From a virus (lineage: Duplodnaviria; Caudoviricetes), in IMG/VR virus record IMGVR_UViG_3300011113_000522, positions 1 through 61,140 of that record: a stretch of 61,140 nucleotides of DNA. One strand, given 5' to 3'. The notes beneath the pieces were generated by a model, which worked only from the letters and a program-made list of their open reading frames with translations, did no database searches and was not told where the DNA came from. Shown in pieces: positions 1 through 9,544 of the stretch; positions within the stretch are counted from its first letter, which is position 1; each line of letters opens with the position of its first letter. The position numbers and the translations under genes are program-made.

Positions 1-45
1 AAAGATGGCGATACGGAAGAAACAATCAAATCTGCTGCTAAGGAT

Positions 46-291
46 ATGAATGAAGAAGATGCACCTAGGTGGCAAGATTCTGATGGTGATGGTAAATGGT
101 ATGAACCAGAAGATGTAAATGAATATGGCGATGATGAAACACATTCGGTGCATGTTTCGGAAACTGGAGTTGAACCGTATGATGCAGCATATGATAAACC
201 TAAAGATGCAATGACTGAGTCTTTTTGGAAACGTGTCAATGGCAATTTGCATGGACATGAATATATACTTCGCGAAGCATTTCGCAAATAG
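46..291 (+). CDS. 3' end of acidic hypothetical protein (probably begins before the window)
   Basis: Frame is open from the window start; acidic sequence ending ILREAFRK; followed by hairpins and a terminator. Confidence 0.6.
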   Translation: MNEEDAPRWQDSDGDGKWYEPEDVNEYGDDETHSVHVSETGVEPYDAAYDKPKDAMTESFWKRVNGNLHGHEYILREAFRK

Positions 292-335
292 ATGCCTGCT
301 ACCTTAGGCTAAACATTTCAAGGCAAATGTTTAAG

Positions 336-361
336 AGTGCGTCTTATGGCGCACTTTTTTA
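336..361 (+). terminator. Intrinsic terminator
   Basis: AGTGCGTC-ttat-GGCGCACT stem followed by a T run. Confidence 0.8.
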
Positions 362-380
362 CTGTAAAAACAACGCAATG

Positions 381-388
381 ATATTTAT
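381..388 (+). promoter_or_regulatory. ATATTTAT putative late-promoter motif (representative copy)
   Basis: Same 8-mer in sense orientation upstream of genes at 381, 1067, 2255, 12154, 15314, 17632, 26110, 28086, 30249, 38128, 40838, 42866, 46842, 48718, 52125, 55076, 56048, 59389, 60169, and on the minus strand at 8871 and 11052. Confidence 0.75.
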
Positions 389-392
389 TAAT

Positions 393-485
393 ATGAACAG
401 TATAATTGCATTTATACAAGGTAGCATTGCAATAGTTGTTGCTGCACTATATAGTGTATATGAAATTATTAAAGGATGTCGATGA
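393..485 (+). CDS. 30-aa hydrophobic peptide (not in ORF track)
   Basis: MNSIIAFIQGSIAIVVAALYSVYEIIKGCR; directly after the promoter motif; stop overlaps the next ATG (ATGA). Confidence 0.5.
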   Translation: MNSIIAFIQGSIAIVVAALYSVYEIIKGCR

Positions 486-880
486 AATTAAAAGCATTAT
501 TAGAAGGATATGCGTGGGAGCGCAAACCAGGTAAAGGATTACCTACATTAGCTGAAGTAGAAGCACAGCACCGTAAAAATTTATCTGAAGAAGATGATTT
601 AACTAACCAATCACTAACTGCTTTAAGTACAGTTTGTCAAAAATGTAAATCTGATTTAGAAACTGCATTTAATCAAACAACGTTTGTCGATGATAACAAA
701 GATGAAGCTAGAAATACGATGCGAGATTATTCTATGGTATTAATGACAGCAATTTGTAATTATATCGAAGACATTCGATTAATGCATGAACAACATCCTG
801 AAGTTAGCATGGACCTGGTTGTTATCGATAATGCAAAAAAAATATTAGTTGATGAAAGTTTAAGTAAGATGATATTTTAA
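482..880 (+). CDS. Hypothetical protein with MKLKALLE leader
   Basis: ORF track 476..880; ATG at 482 is coupled to the upstream stop. Confidence 0.7.
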   Translation: MKLKALLEGYAWERKPGKGLPTLAEVEAQHRKNLSEEDDLTNQSLTALSTVCQKCKSDLETAFNQTTFVDDNKDEARNTMRDYSMVLMTAICNYIEDIRLMHEQHPEVSMDLVVIDNAKKILVDESLSKMIF

Positions 881-882
881 TA

Positions 883-1029
883 ATGGCAGCAAAAGCAAAA
901 ATATCTGCAACATCGATGCACGTACGGCGTCCAAAAGTAAAACGTCCAGGAGTTCATGCAAAATCTAAACAAAGCACAAGCAAAACTAGTAAAAACTATG
1001 TTAAACCGTATGCAGCTCAAGGAAAATGA
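883..1029 (+). CDS. 48-aa highly basic protein (not in ORF track)
   Basis: MAAKAKISATSMHVRRPKVKRPGVHAKSKQSTSKTSKNYVKPYAAQGK; fills the gap between neighbouring genes; starts 2 nt after the upstream stop. Confidence 0.7.
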   Translation: MAAKAKISATSMHVRRPKVKRPGVHAKSKQSTSKTSKNYVKPYAAQGK

Positions 1030-1088
1030 CATATCATACATTTAGTGATTAAATGTATAAAGTCATATATTTATTTTAAAAGGATTCA

Positions 1089-1463
1089 ATGTTTGAAAAA
1101 TTAATTTCTACACTAATGGCATCACGCGATCAAGCTCATATATTTCATTGGCAAACCACTGGTCCGGGTTCATTTGCAGCACATATGGCGCTCAATGCTT
1201 ATTATGATGCGGTTCCTGCAATGATTGATGCCTTGGTAGAATCATATCAAGGAAAACATGGAATTGTTACTGGATATGAGCCTGCAGAACGATTTAATGA
1301 ATATACTCAAGATGGTGCACTTAAATATTTCAAAGCATTATCATTGTTTGTTGAACGAGCTTATGCAAAAATTCCAAAAGAAGATACAAACATCATCAAT
1401 CAATTGGATGCCTTTAAAGATTTAATTTATTCAACAATATATAAATTGGAAAACTTATCATGA
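1089..1463 (+). CDS. Ferritin/Dps-like four-helix protein (DUF5856-like)
   Basis: HIFHWQT..SFAAHMAL..YYD..D.LVESYQG, a Dps-like ferroxidase pattern. Confidence 0.7.
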   Translation: MFEKLISTLMASRDQAHIFHWQTTGPGSFAAHMALNAYYDAVPAMIDALVESYQGKHGIVTGYEPAERFNEYTQDGALKYFKALSLFVERAYAKIPKEDTNIINQLDAFKDLIYSTIYKLENLS

Positions 1464-2041
1464 AAATTTTTGATATTAAAAATCCAAAACATGTACAAAT
1501 TCTTAAGGAAGAATTACATAGAGCTAAACGTATTCTTCGCGAATATAATGAAGCTGAAATTTGGAAGCGCTTAACGGTGCAACAACGTGAAGAATTATTA
1601 TCTTCAGTAGATGATGATATGGGTCCGGATTTTGCTGATGAATATGCAGAGGAGGATTGGATGCAAATACCAGATGCTATTACAAATCGCATTGATATAA
1701 GTAGATATACAGCTGATTATGTACGTTCAGTTGATAAAAGCGCTTTGATGTATGCACGTGGTATTTTTGATATTATATTTGACGAAGCTCGATTTAAAAA
1801 TACTAAAGAACTTCAAAAATTTATTGCTAATAAAATTGGTACTACATCTACAGAGCCTGAAACAATGAAGGCTGCACTAATACAATATGCACGAGATAAT
1901 TCTGCAAACATGATGAAACTAAATGTTGAAACACAACGTATGGCGCAATCTGCAATGGGTAGCAGTGGTACGTTTGGTGGCGAAACAAAACCATCTCGAG
2001 ATCCATTTTATGGTGGCGGAGCTGAGTGGACTGGTGACTGA
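1460..2041 (+). CDS. Hypothetical protein
   Basis: 193-aa ORF; ATGA overlap with the upstream gene; ILKEE/ILREY motifs. Confidence 0.7.
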   Translation: MKIFDIKNPKHVQILKEELHRAKRILREYNEAEIWKRLTVQQREELLSSVDDDMGPDFADEYAEEDWMQIPDAITNRIDISRYTADYVRSVDKSALMYARGIFDIIFDEARFKNTKELQKFIANKIGTTSTEPETMKAALIQYARDNSANMMKLNVETQRMAQSAMGSSGTFGGETKPSRDPFYGGGAEWTGD

Positions 2042-2250
2042 TGCAGCATCGCACGGAGTTTATAGCATTGTCAGTAATAGAGGTGCATCGCAAACAAGAA
2101 TGCAATGAACCTAAGTTACGATTCATTAATCGCAATCACATTATGCAAATTTGGCAAGATAATGATGACGTTATTATTGAACTAACAGATTACAATAAAC
2201 TAAAAATTCAAAATGAAAATATTCATACATTAATGGATCGTTTTATTTGA
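2041..2250 (+). CDS. Hypothetical protein
   Basis: 69-aa ORF, TGATG-coupled. Confidence 0.6.
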   Translation: MQHRTEFIALSVIEVHRKQECNEPKLRFINRNHIMQIWQDNDDVIIELTDYNKLKIQNENIHTLMDRFI

Positions 2251-2281
2251 AACGATATTTATAATAAATAAAAAGGTTAAC

Positions 2282-2470
2282 ATGACAACATCACAAGAAA
2301 TTTTTGATCAAATTGAACAACATTGGATTGTATTCAAAGAAAATCATGAGCGGTTTACGGACAAAGGAGTAAAGGCAGCGGGCGTTAGAGCACGTAAAGC
2401 AATTAACGAAGTTAAAAAACTTGCAAGTAAATATCGATCAACTCAATTAGCTGAATCAAAAGGCGAATGA
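2282..2470 (+). CDS. Histone H1-like Hc1-family nucleoid protein
   Basis: KGVKAAGVRARKAINEVKKLASKYR resembles the Hc1 signature KGNKAAxxRxRK. Confidence 0.7.
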   Translation: MTTSQEIFDQIEQHWIVFKENHERFTDKGVKAAGVRARKAINEVKKLASKYRSTQLAESKGE

Positions 2471-3288
2471 AACTTATAAACGAACATATCATTTTTAAAA
2501 CATTATCTGATATCATTTCAGAACAAGATGCGTCCAAGGGCCCGTCATTAGAAACTGATAATGCTGAGTCTGATGATGATTCATCACCGTTTACTCCTGC
2601 AGAAAAAAAATTCTTAGGTAAGTTTGATGCATATGGTACGAGGCATTTGGGTATTTTGTATTCACTTTCCGATATTGGAGTTCGCGAATTTTTAATGAGA
2701 TCTGGTAAAGATTTAAATTTAAATGCTGCTATTTTACTACAATTATTACGAGATAAAATTATTACAATAGTTCCGTATACGGGCTGGGGTCGAAATGATG
2801 ATTATACAATCGAATTGACATTATCATTAGATGATATAAAAGGTTTTGGTGAAGAAGATCGCAAAAAAATAGAAAAAGGGTCTGAAGCATCTGGAGCTCC
2901 TGCTGGAGGAGGCGCATCGCCACCGGCACCAGAAGTTGCTTGGGTTGTACGTTATGGAGATTTATTAAAGGAATCTGCAAAAATTGTAAAACGTTTATTA
3001 ACAAATCAAACTATTGCAGAATCTAAACGAAAAACTACAAAATCAACAGTACATGTTAAGGATTCTAGAATGCTTAAACATTTACCTAAGCACTATATTG
3101 CACATTTAGAACAGTTAATTAGTGCATTATCAAAAAAACAACAAACAGCAAGCGAAAAACAACGTTTAATTGCAGATATTTTAGATAATTTATATGTAAA
3201 TTTTAAGTTAACTGACAAACAAATTGCTAAATCTTTTGAAATGCACAACAAACAAAAGCGATTACAAAAATTTTTAGATAAAAAATAA
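2467..3288 (+). CDS. Hypothetical protein, possible internal head protein
   Basis: 273-aa ORF with IISEQ, LLKES and IAES motifs and a Gly/Pro linker. Confidence 0.7.
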   Translation: MKLINEHIIFKTLSDIISEQDASKGPSLETDNAESDDDSSPFTPAEKKFLGKFDAYGTRHLGILYSLSDIGVREFLMRSGKDLNLNAAILLQLLRDKIITIVPYTGWGRNDDYTIELTLSLDDIKGFGEEDRKKIEKGSEASGAPAGGGASPPAPEVAWVVRYGDLLKESAKIVKRLLTNQTIAESKRKTTKSTVHVKDSRMLKHLPKHYIAHLEQLISALSKKQQTASEKQRLIADILDNLYVNFKLTDKQIAKSFEMHNKQKRLQKFLDKK

Positions 3289-3291
3289 AAT

Positions 3292-3320
3292 TTGGATATT
3301 TCAATCTATTTTATTATATT
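3292..3320 (+). promoter_or_regulatory. Putative early/middle promoter TTGGAT-N17-TATATT
   Basis: Same architecture with an exact 17-nt spacer at 8901, 11084, 34016 and 51290. Confidence 0.7.
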
Positions 3321-3353
3321 ATTAATAAGTTATAAACCATTAAAAACAAAAAA

Positions 3354-3563
3354 ATGTCGTATTACACAGCAAAAGTCCAATTGATTGACACGGTTGATAC
3401 ACCTAAAGGTCCAAAAGAAAAGCGAAGCACTGAAACCTATCTCGTAGAAGCGCTTTCAGTAACAGAAGCAGAAGCTAAAGTTGTTGATGATTTTAAAGGT
3501 TACACGTTTGACTTTGAAGTTAAATCAGTTTCAGCAAGTAAAATCATTAAAATTATTGACTAA
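3354..3563 (+). CDS. DUF4494-like protein
   Basis: K..TETYLVEALSVTEAEAKV...FEVKSV pattern recalled from Bacteroidota DUF4494. Confidence 0.65.
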   Translation: MSYYTAKVQLIDTVDTPKGPKEKRSTETYLVEALSVTEAEAKVVDDFKGYTFDFEVKSVSASKIIKIID

Positions 3564-3841
3564 TGGCAACATATAAAGCAGGAGATACTGTGGTTGTTAC
3601 TCAAGATGAGGTAAATCGAGTAGGAGTGGTTCTAGATCGATATGTAGTTAATAAAACCGTCGTATTTGATGTATTGCTAGAAAATCGTTCAGCAATGTGT
3701 ATGATTACTGCAAACTCAAAACACGATACATATCTCAATAAACATTTAACTGCAATGCTTTGCGATACGGATATGATTCAAACAACTATTCCTTATAAGC
3801 AATTAGTAGCAGATGATGCATTGCCAATTACTAAATCATGA
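3563..3841 (+). CDS. Hypothetical protein (SH3/KOW-like N-terminus)
   Basis: YKAGDTVVV...GVV; TAATG coupling. Confidence 0.6.
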   Translation: MATYKAGDTVVVTQDEVNRVGVVLDRYVVNKTVVFDVLLENRSAMCMITANSKHDTYLNKHLTAMLCDTDMIQTTIPYKQLVADDALPITKS

Positions 3842-3844
3842 TGC

Positions 3845-4129
3845 ATGAATTTAGAAAATTTAAAAAAACGAGTCTGTAAACGATATCCAGGTAGCATTGC
3901 TGCAATGGATATGGATGGTGAGTATTATATCGTTCATAATGATACCAGTTTAAACGAAACATTTATGGTACCAGGCTGTGATACAGAAATTGCAGCTTGG
4001 CATATGATATCACAATTTGTTCAAGTAGAACAAAGCATTAATAGAACTCATCCATTAAAACAAATGATTTCAGAACAAAAAAAGCAACAAAATCAAGAAC
4101 GAATTGCAAACAGAATCCATGGACGTTAA
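3845..4129 (+). CDS. Hypothetical protein
   Basis: 94-aa ORF within the operon. Confidence 0.6.
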   Translation: MNLENLKKRVCKRYPGSIAAMDMDGEYYIVHNDTSLNETFMVPGCDTEIAAWHMISQFVQVEQSINRTHPLKQMISEQKKQQNQERIANRIHGR

Positions 4130-4784
4130 ACAATTAAACGAAACTATTCTAAACAACTTAACCGGCACCGATTCGCATATGTTACGATGGGATACATTGC
4201 AACCAACGGATGCAGATTATATGATGTATAGTCCAATACCCGTAGGATATAATACAACTTCCGAACAACGTTTTTTAATGCAAAATTTGCTAGTAGGATT
4301 CGTAGGCGGATCTTTACTCGATATAGGTTGCGGCCGATGTGATATGTATGGTATAGCACGCGATTTGGCTGCGTTAAACAATGACGCATTATTATATAGT
4401 GCCATAGACCATAATCCTATAATGACGCAGTTAGGCGAACAAAAATGGGGCTTAGATAAAGTTAATGTAGGTGCATTTGAAACTGCTAAATTAAATAAAC
4501 ACGAATGGGTTGTTGCATCTGGTGTATTTACGCAACGACGTTGTGAAACTGAAGATGATGATTTGCGCAAATTGTTTGATGATATTCATACATTATATGA
4601 TTTATCAACACAAGTAGTTTCATTCAATTTAATGAATCCAATTAACACGCATCACCACGATGGGTTCTTTTATGTACATCCCGGGTTAGTTATGGACATG
4701 TTAATTGAACGTTATCAATTTGTTAACATACGATGCAATTACTCAAAAGATGTATACACAGTATTAATTTATAAATTACAATAA
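4119..4784 (+). CDS. Class I SAM-dependent methyltransferase
   Basis: SLLDIGCGRCD motif I; WVVASGVF; ATG at 4119 preferred over TTG at 4104. Confidence 0.8.
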   Translation: MDVKQLNETILNNLTGTDSHMLRWDTLQPTDADYMMYSPIPVGYNTTSEQRFLMQNLLVGFVGGSLLDIGCGRCDMYGIARDLAALNNDALLYSAIDHNPIMTQLGEQKWGLDKVNVGAFETAKLNKHEWVVASGVFTQRRCETEDDDLRKLFDDIHTLYDLSTQVVSFNLMNPINTHHHDGFFYVHPGLVMDMLIERYQFVNIRCNYSKDVYTVLIYKLQ

Positions 4785-4789
4785 ACTAT

Positions 4790-5182
4790 ATGACAAACAG
4801 TATTAACCAGCCTTGGGCTATTTCAGACAAATTCGTTGCACGCTATGGAGCAACGTGGGCTAACATGGATTTTGAATTTGAATCAAAAATATCCGAAAAA
4901 AATTTTAAAACAGAACCAATGGAATGTTTGATCGGACATCTAATTATTTGCAATCAAAAAATTTCTATGCGATATAAAGATTTAATTGCATATTCAAAAG
5001 CTATTAGCACTTTATCTAACAATGTTTATGCAAATAAACCTAATAAACAAGATGCATTTCCTGTAGATATCAAGGGCAGAACATTTATTTTATGTAAGCA
5101 TGAAATTGGAAAATTAGATCAAACAATATCTGATGCATTACATACTGCAATGCGTGGATATGAATTAGGTTTATATTTATAA
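4790..5182 (+). CDS. Hypothetical protein
   Basis: 130-aa ORF within the operon. Confidence 0.65.
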   Translation: MTNSINQPWAISDKFVARYGATWANMDFEFESKISEKNFKTEPMECLIGHLIICNQKISMRYKDLIAYSKAISTLSNNVYANKPNKQDAFPVDIKGRTFILCKHEIGKLDQTISDALHTAMRGYELGLYL

Positions 5183-5186
5183 GTAG

Positions 5187-5375
5187 ATGCATACGAAAAC
5201 ATATGTATATTATTTTAGAACGGATTCAAAGCAAGAACCAATTGGTAGCGTTACAGCACATAGTGTTGCCGAAGCTCGTGAGAAAATATGCATAATTAAA
5301 CAGTTGCCTATTCGAGAAATTGAGCATTTATTCGTTATTAAACAAAAAAAGGAACACAATGCAAACAATATTTGA
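5187..5375 (+). CDS. Hypothetical protein
   Basis: 62-aa ORF within the operon. Confidence 0.6.
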   Translation: MHTKTYVYYFRTDSKQEPIGSVTAHSVAEAREKICIIKQLPIREIEHLFVIKQKKEHNANNI

Positions 5376-5814
5376 TAGAATTTTTATAGGCAAAGCTGAA
5401 TATTTAGCTGTCATGACGATGCACGCATCTGAACGGATTGAGAATTTGTTTGATTTATATGATTCAACATCTAAACAAACTAGAAGCATGGATTTGTCTG
5501 CATTTTTCTCGGAAGTTCAAAAAAACTTAGAACAATATCAAGACACCCCAATTGTTGATTCTCATGATGTTATATCTCCATTACCTGCAGCAGACAACAC
5601 TGAATTTGTCGACGTAATGATCGACGATCATAACATCATGATTGAATCAAATAGTTTGCGAGCCGTACGACATGTAACATACAAATTTGTAGAATCTGGT
5701 TACATATTGCAACGAGACATAGCAACAGAAAAAATGTTTCGCAAAGACAAAACAACCCGATATATTCGGATCTTTCGTATTATTAGTTACGTAAATTCAA
5801 TGTGTCTTAATTAA
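5359..5814 (+). CDS. Hypothetical protein
   Basis: ORF track 5320..5814; ATG at 5359 follows AAGGA. Confidence 0.65.
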   Translation: MQTIFDRIFIGKAEYLAVMTMHASERIENLFDLYDSTSKQTRSMDLSAFFSEVQKNLEQYQDTPIVDSHDVISPLPAADNTEFVDVMIDDHNIMIESNSLRAVRHVTYKFVESGYILQRDIATEKMFRKDKTTRYIRIFRIISYVNSMCLN

Positions 5815-6374
5815 TGGCAAAAAAACAACAAGCACCTGATGCTATAATCAAACAGTTTTCCAAACCACAATTTAAATCTGCAGATGCAGTATTTTTTACT
5901 TGGTTAGGTGCAAAAAAATATGGTTATGTTAAAACAACTAAAGAAACTACATGGGGCATTCAATACATGGTTGAATCGCATAATACATGCTATCCATGCG
6001 GCGTTTCGATTAAAGGGCACAAAACAACATATACAACGGGATGCATCGACGTCGATGAAACAAGATCTATTGGACAAAATGAGCTCAAGAGACGCATTCA
6101 AACCGGACATTCAAGCACATATACAGAGCTTTTTACAGACACCCGAAGGTCAGAAACTGAAAGCGGAAACGAGCCTACAATTAGCAAACGCATATCTGCT
6201 GCAGATTCTAAATCAACTAAAACAACCAGAGTTAACAATGCAACAAAACATGTTGCTAAATCTAGCACTAATGAAAATAGTACAAGAAATTCAAAAAAAC
6301 GAAAAGATTCTAAACTCGATACGGCAATTCAACGTCAACGAGATTTCTTAAATGGGTTTATTGAAAAATCTTGA
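5814..6374 (+). CDS. Hypothetical protein, SH3-like N-terminus and basic low-complexity tail
   Basis: 186-aa ORF, TAATG-coupled; converges on the minus-strand block. Confidence 0.65.
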   Translation: MAKKQQAPDAIIKQFSKPQFKSADAVFFTWLGAKKYGYVKTTKETTWGIQYMVESHNTCYPCGVSIKGHKTTYTTGCIDVDETRSIGQNELKRRIQTGHSSTYTELFTDTRRSETESGNEPTISKRISAADSKSTKTTRVNNATKHVAKSSTNENSTRNSKKRKDSKLDTAIQRQRDFLNGFIEKS

Positions 6375-7595
6375 TTACTTAGCTAGGTTCCAAATTGTTT
6401 TAGATGCATAATAATCAACTTCACTTAATTGTCTCGTTACCTTTGCAGCTTTCATATCTGACTCCCATACTTCCATTGTAGGAAACTTAGATGCATTTAA
6501 ATGTTTAGTTAATAACCATAGGCCCTTTTCATCGCCAGCTGGTTTTTTAAGTTTTTGACTTATTGCATCTATTACTTGAGATAAGTATAATTTTTTATGA
6601 TTTTGTGTTTTTACGCCTCCAGCAAAAACATTATCCATTACTTGAGCAATATCTGTTGGCGAAACCGTTTTACCTTGCAATACCGTCCAAACTTGGCCTT
6701 TACTACCTAATAATTTACCAAAAGAAGTTAGTGATAGTTTACTTGGTGTACTAGTAGTTTTCGATGTAGATGTTTTATTAGATTTTTTCGGAGATCCTGT
6801 TTTTCTCTTTTTTTCAATTTCTTCAAATTCTTTTCCGTATTTTTTCCAAGTTTCTGGTTCAAACATTTGTTTTAAATCTGAAGCAGACACGCCTTTATTA
6901 TTCATGAAGTTTTCGGCAGCAGCGCCTGTTATTTCTATTTTTATTGCAGATTTTAATGCCGGGTCATTTTCTATTGCATTTAGTAATTTTTCTGAGTCTT
7001 GTTTAGCGTTTTTTGCACCTTGATTTTCTAAAAATTTAGCTATTTGGTCTTGAACATATTTTTTTCTAGCGCCGCCGGTACGTAAACCCAACGTTTGTAT
7101 GAATTGAATTATTTCTTCTATTTCCGTAGGGGACATTTTTGTTAGTGCAAGTTGCCTTCGATATTTTTTCAATCCCATATATGTTGATGCGCTAAGAATT
7201 TTTTTAACGAACTTAAACTTTTGATATCCTACATATAATAAAACTCCAATTATACCTGTCCAAACAACTTTTCCTGTTGTAGGATAATACCACGGAACAT
7301 CTGGATCTGATGCAAAGTTTGTTGCATCTATCCATTCTTTTCCATATTCATCAAATGCTTTTTTCAAATTAGGGTCATCTATAGAATTACCTTTTCGTTT
7401 TAATCCATACGAGTTAAATGCAAATGCATAATTTTCTCGAACCCAATTTGCAAAAGCATCGGCATTTTCTTGCGTTTTAATGTTTTTTGCAAATGTATAC
7501 TTTAATTGATCTGAAGTTTTAATTTTTGATTCAAATACTGGTTTTGTTTTTAATGTAGTTCGAATTATATGTTCTAACATTAGATGCGAATTCAT
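6375..7595 (-). CDS. Hypothetical basic protein with one transmembrane segment
   Basis: 406 aa; VVWTGIIGVLLYVGY hydrophobic stretch; MLEHIIR..VFE leader. Confidence 0.75.
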   Translation of the reverse strand: MNSHLMLEHIIRTTLKTKPVFESKIKTSDQLKYTFAKNIKTQENADAFANWVRENYAFAFNSYGLKRKGNSIDDPNLKKAFDEYGKEWIDATNFASDPDVPWYYPTTGKVVWTGIIGVLLYVGYQKFKFVKKILSASTYMGLKKYRRQLALTKMSPTEIEEIIQFIQTLGLRTGGARKKYVQDQIAKFLENQGAKNAKQDSEKLLNAIENDPALKSAIKIEITGAAAENFMNNKGVSASDLKQMFEPETWKKYGKEFEEIEKKRKTGSPKKSNKTSTSKTTSTPSKLSLTSFGKLLGSKGQVWTVLQGKTVSPTDIAQVMDNVFAGGVKTQNHKKLYLSQVIDAISQKLKKPAGDEKGLWLLTKHLNASKFPTMEVWESDMKAAKVTRQLSEVDYYASKTIWNLAK

Positions 7596-7597
7596 AG

Positions 7598-8866
7598 TTA
7601 TTGTCCTTTTGCTTTACGTAGCAGCGCTTCTATATTCTTTGCTTCACGCTCTACTTTTTCTTTTGATTGTATATCAAATTTTGAATATATTTTTTCCCAT
7701 GCATTAAGTGATAGTTCGTACGGTATAAATCCAATACCCAATTTGGCACCAAATACTGAAGCTTTTAATGTTCCGGTGCCTAATCTATACATTAAACGCC
7801 TTGCTTTTGGACCCTTAGTTGATTTCAATATTTTTGTCAAATTGTTTTGAATTCTTCTTTGAAAATATGCATTCATATCTTGTTTGATTTGTGGTGCATA
7901 TTTTGACATATCTTTGATAACAATTTGTTCTAATCGATTTAATATTGGAGATTTTGATGTTGCTAGTCTTTTTCCCAATTGGGCCATTCCGTTTGCAGTT
8001 AATTTTTGAACTGCTGGAAGTTTGCTAAACGCTCCTCCGATAATTGGAAGCAATGCAAAAATAGCCATTGTTCCGGATTCCATGTATCGGCCTTCATCAT
8101 AATACATTGCAGCATCAGCTGCCATTATACCTGATGATATTGCCATTCCTGCAACAGGCAAAAACATTGCTGCAATTGACAATGCAAATGCTATTTCGTG
8201 CTTATTTTCCGTAGCCCATTTTGCAGCTGCAAATTCGTCTGATTCCCATCTAGATTTTTCTTGCTTTGCAACTTGTTGAATGTTACCTAAAGCTTTCTGT
8301 ATCATGTTGATAGATTCGGAATTTGCATTAATGCCATTTAAATGATCAATAATGCGTTCTAAACGTTTTGCACGTTTCCAATGATCCATTCCTACCCAAC
8401 CCGTTATCTTACCAGATTTATCAGTTGTATATGTCCCAAATACATCGTAAATAAATTGACCAATGCCTCGACCATTTGTAAGTTTTTTTAGTTCTTTTAA
8501 AACTTTATCAAATTGCGATGCAGATTTAATTGCCATGATAGCACGAGCTATATTGTTTTCGTTGTCAGTGATACCTTTTGATTGATAAATTACATCGGCA
8601 ATATAAGATTCATATGATGGATACGTACGAATACCAGGAGGCAATTTCTTGCCTTGCTTTTCTAAATGCGTACGCAATTCATTTGGAACCCAACGTGGAG
8701 CACGTCCCGTTAATCCAGGAATTTGGTATTGATCGATAAGTGATGCTTGTGAAGTTGCACCAGATTGTGTGGTAGCCCATCCTTTAAGTGGCGATTGTTC
8801 TAATATCAAATTTACAATACATTGATTGTGATAATGATTTTTTAGAATTATACTTTCTGGTAACAT
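7598..8866 (-). CDS. Hypothetical protein with pre-toxin-TG-like hydrophobic hairpin
   Basis: 422 aa; MFLPVAGMAISSGIMAADAAMYYDEGRYMESG..AIFALLPIIGG; ATATTTAT motif upstream. Confidence 0.7.
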   Translation of the reverse strand: MLPESIILKNHYHNQCIVNLILEQSPLKGWATTQSGATSQASLIDQYQIPGLTGRAPRWVPNELRTHLEKQGKKLPPGIRTYPSYESYIADVIYQSKGITDNENNIARAIMAIKSASQFDKVLKELKKLTNGRGIGQFIYDVFGTYTTDKSGKITGWVGMDHWKRAKRLERIIDHLNGINANSESINMIQKALGNIQQVAKQEKSRWESDEFAAAKWATENKHEIAFALSIAAMFLPVAGMAISSGIMAADAAMYYDEGRYMESGTMAIFALLPIIGGAFSKLPAVQKLTANGMAQLGKRLATSKSPILNRLEQIVIKDMSKYAPQIKQDMNAYFQRRIQNNLTKILKSTKGPKARRLMYRLGTGTLKASVFGAKLGIGFIPYELSLNAWEKIYSKFDIQSKEKVEREAKNIEALLRKAKGQ

Positions 8867-8900
8867 ATAAATAAATATGGTGTAAACGTAAACAATATGG

Positions 8901-8929
8901 TTGGAAACGCAAATTGTATTTCATATTAT
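8901..8929 (+). promoter_or_regulatory. Putative early/middle promoter TTGGAA-N17-TATTAT
   Basis: Matches the TTGGAW-N17 class; divergent from the minus-strand ATATTTAT at 8871. Confidence 0.6.
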
Positions 8930-8962
8930 TATAATATAATTAACCAATTAAAAATTTAAGTT

Positions 8963-9526
8963 ATGAAAAAGTTAGTGTTTGCATTTGTATTGATTTCTAA
9001 TGTAGTTATTGCACAGCATCAAACCGTTGTAGGAACAAATATACCATGGTATTCAGACATCATAAAATATACATCACCAGATCCCAATGCCAAAGATTTT
9101 TTATCTTCGTTAATCGAAGTAGTCGCAATCAATGAAACGGATTACACAGAAAGATTGGTTTTCTTAAATGAAGATTCGGTTCGAATGAACTTTGGAAAAG
9201 CCTTAAATGAAATGCGTGCACAATATAACCGAAATCCTTTGACGTATAATGATTCAATTTCACAAAGCATTAAACATACTTTTGAAAATGAATTGCCAGC
9301 TGAGTTTCCAGAAACATACTATATGTTGCAACCAGTTCTATACCAAAATACCGTAATGCACTTTGCTAATAAAGCAAAAGCATATTGCGATTATGTTATT
9401 GATCTTGCTACATTAACTGATACAGATTTTTTTGAAATGACTGACTCAACTGCATCAGAATATGGATTCTATTTTGATGATATCGTATATGAAGGAGCAT
9501 ATGCTGTCATTATCGTTGTAAAATAA
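8963..9526 (+). CDS. Secreted protein with signal peptide, weakly CAP/SCP-like
   Basis: MKKLVFAFVLISNVVIA|Q signal peptide; LNEMRAQYNRNPLTYNDSI resembles the start of a CAP domain. Confidence 0.65.
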   Translation: MKKLVFAFVLISNVVIAQHQTVVGTNIPWYSDIIKYTSPDPNAKDFLSSLIEVVAINETDYTERLVFLNEDSVRMNFGKALNEMRAQYNRNPLTYNDSISQSIKHTFENELPAEFPETYYMLQPVLYQNTVMHFANKAKAYCDYVIDLATLTDTDFFEMTDSTASEYGFYFDDIVYEGAYAVIIVVK

Positions 9527-9544
9527 ATTGATTGCTCGCATAGT

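Noticed and set aside
5908-6351. 147-aa alternative-frame ORF inside 5814..6374
   Set aside because: No ribosome-binding or coupling signal and no motif; the host ORF is properly coupled to its neighbour
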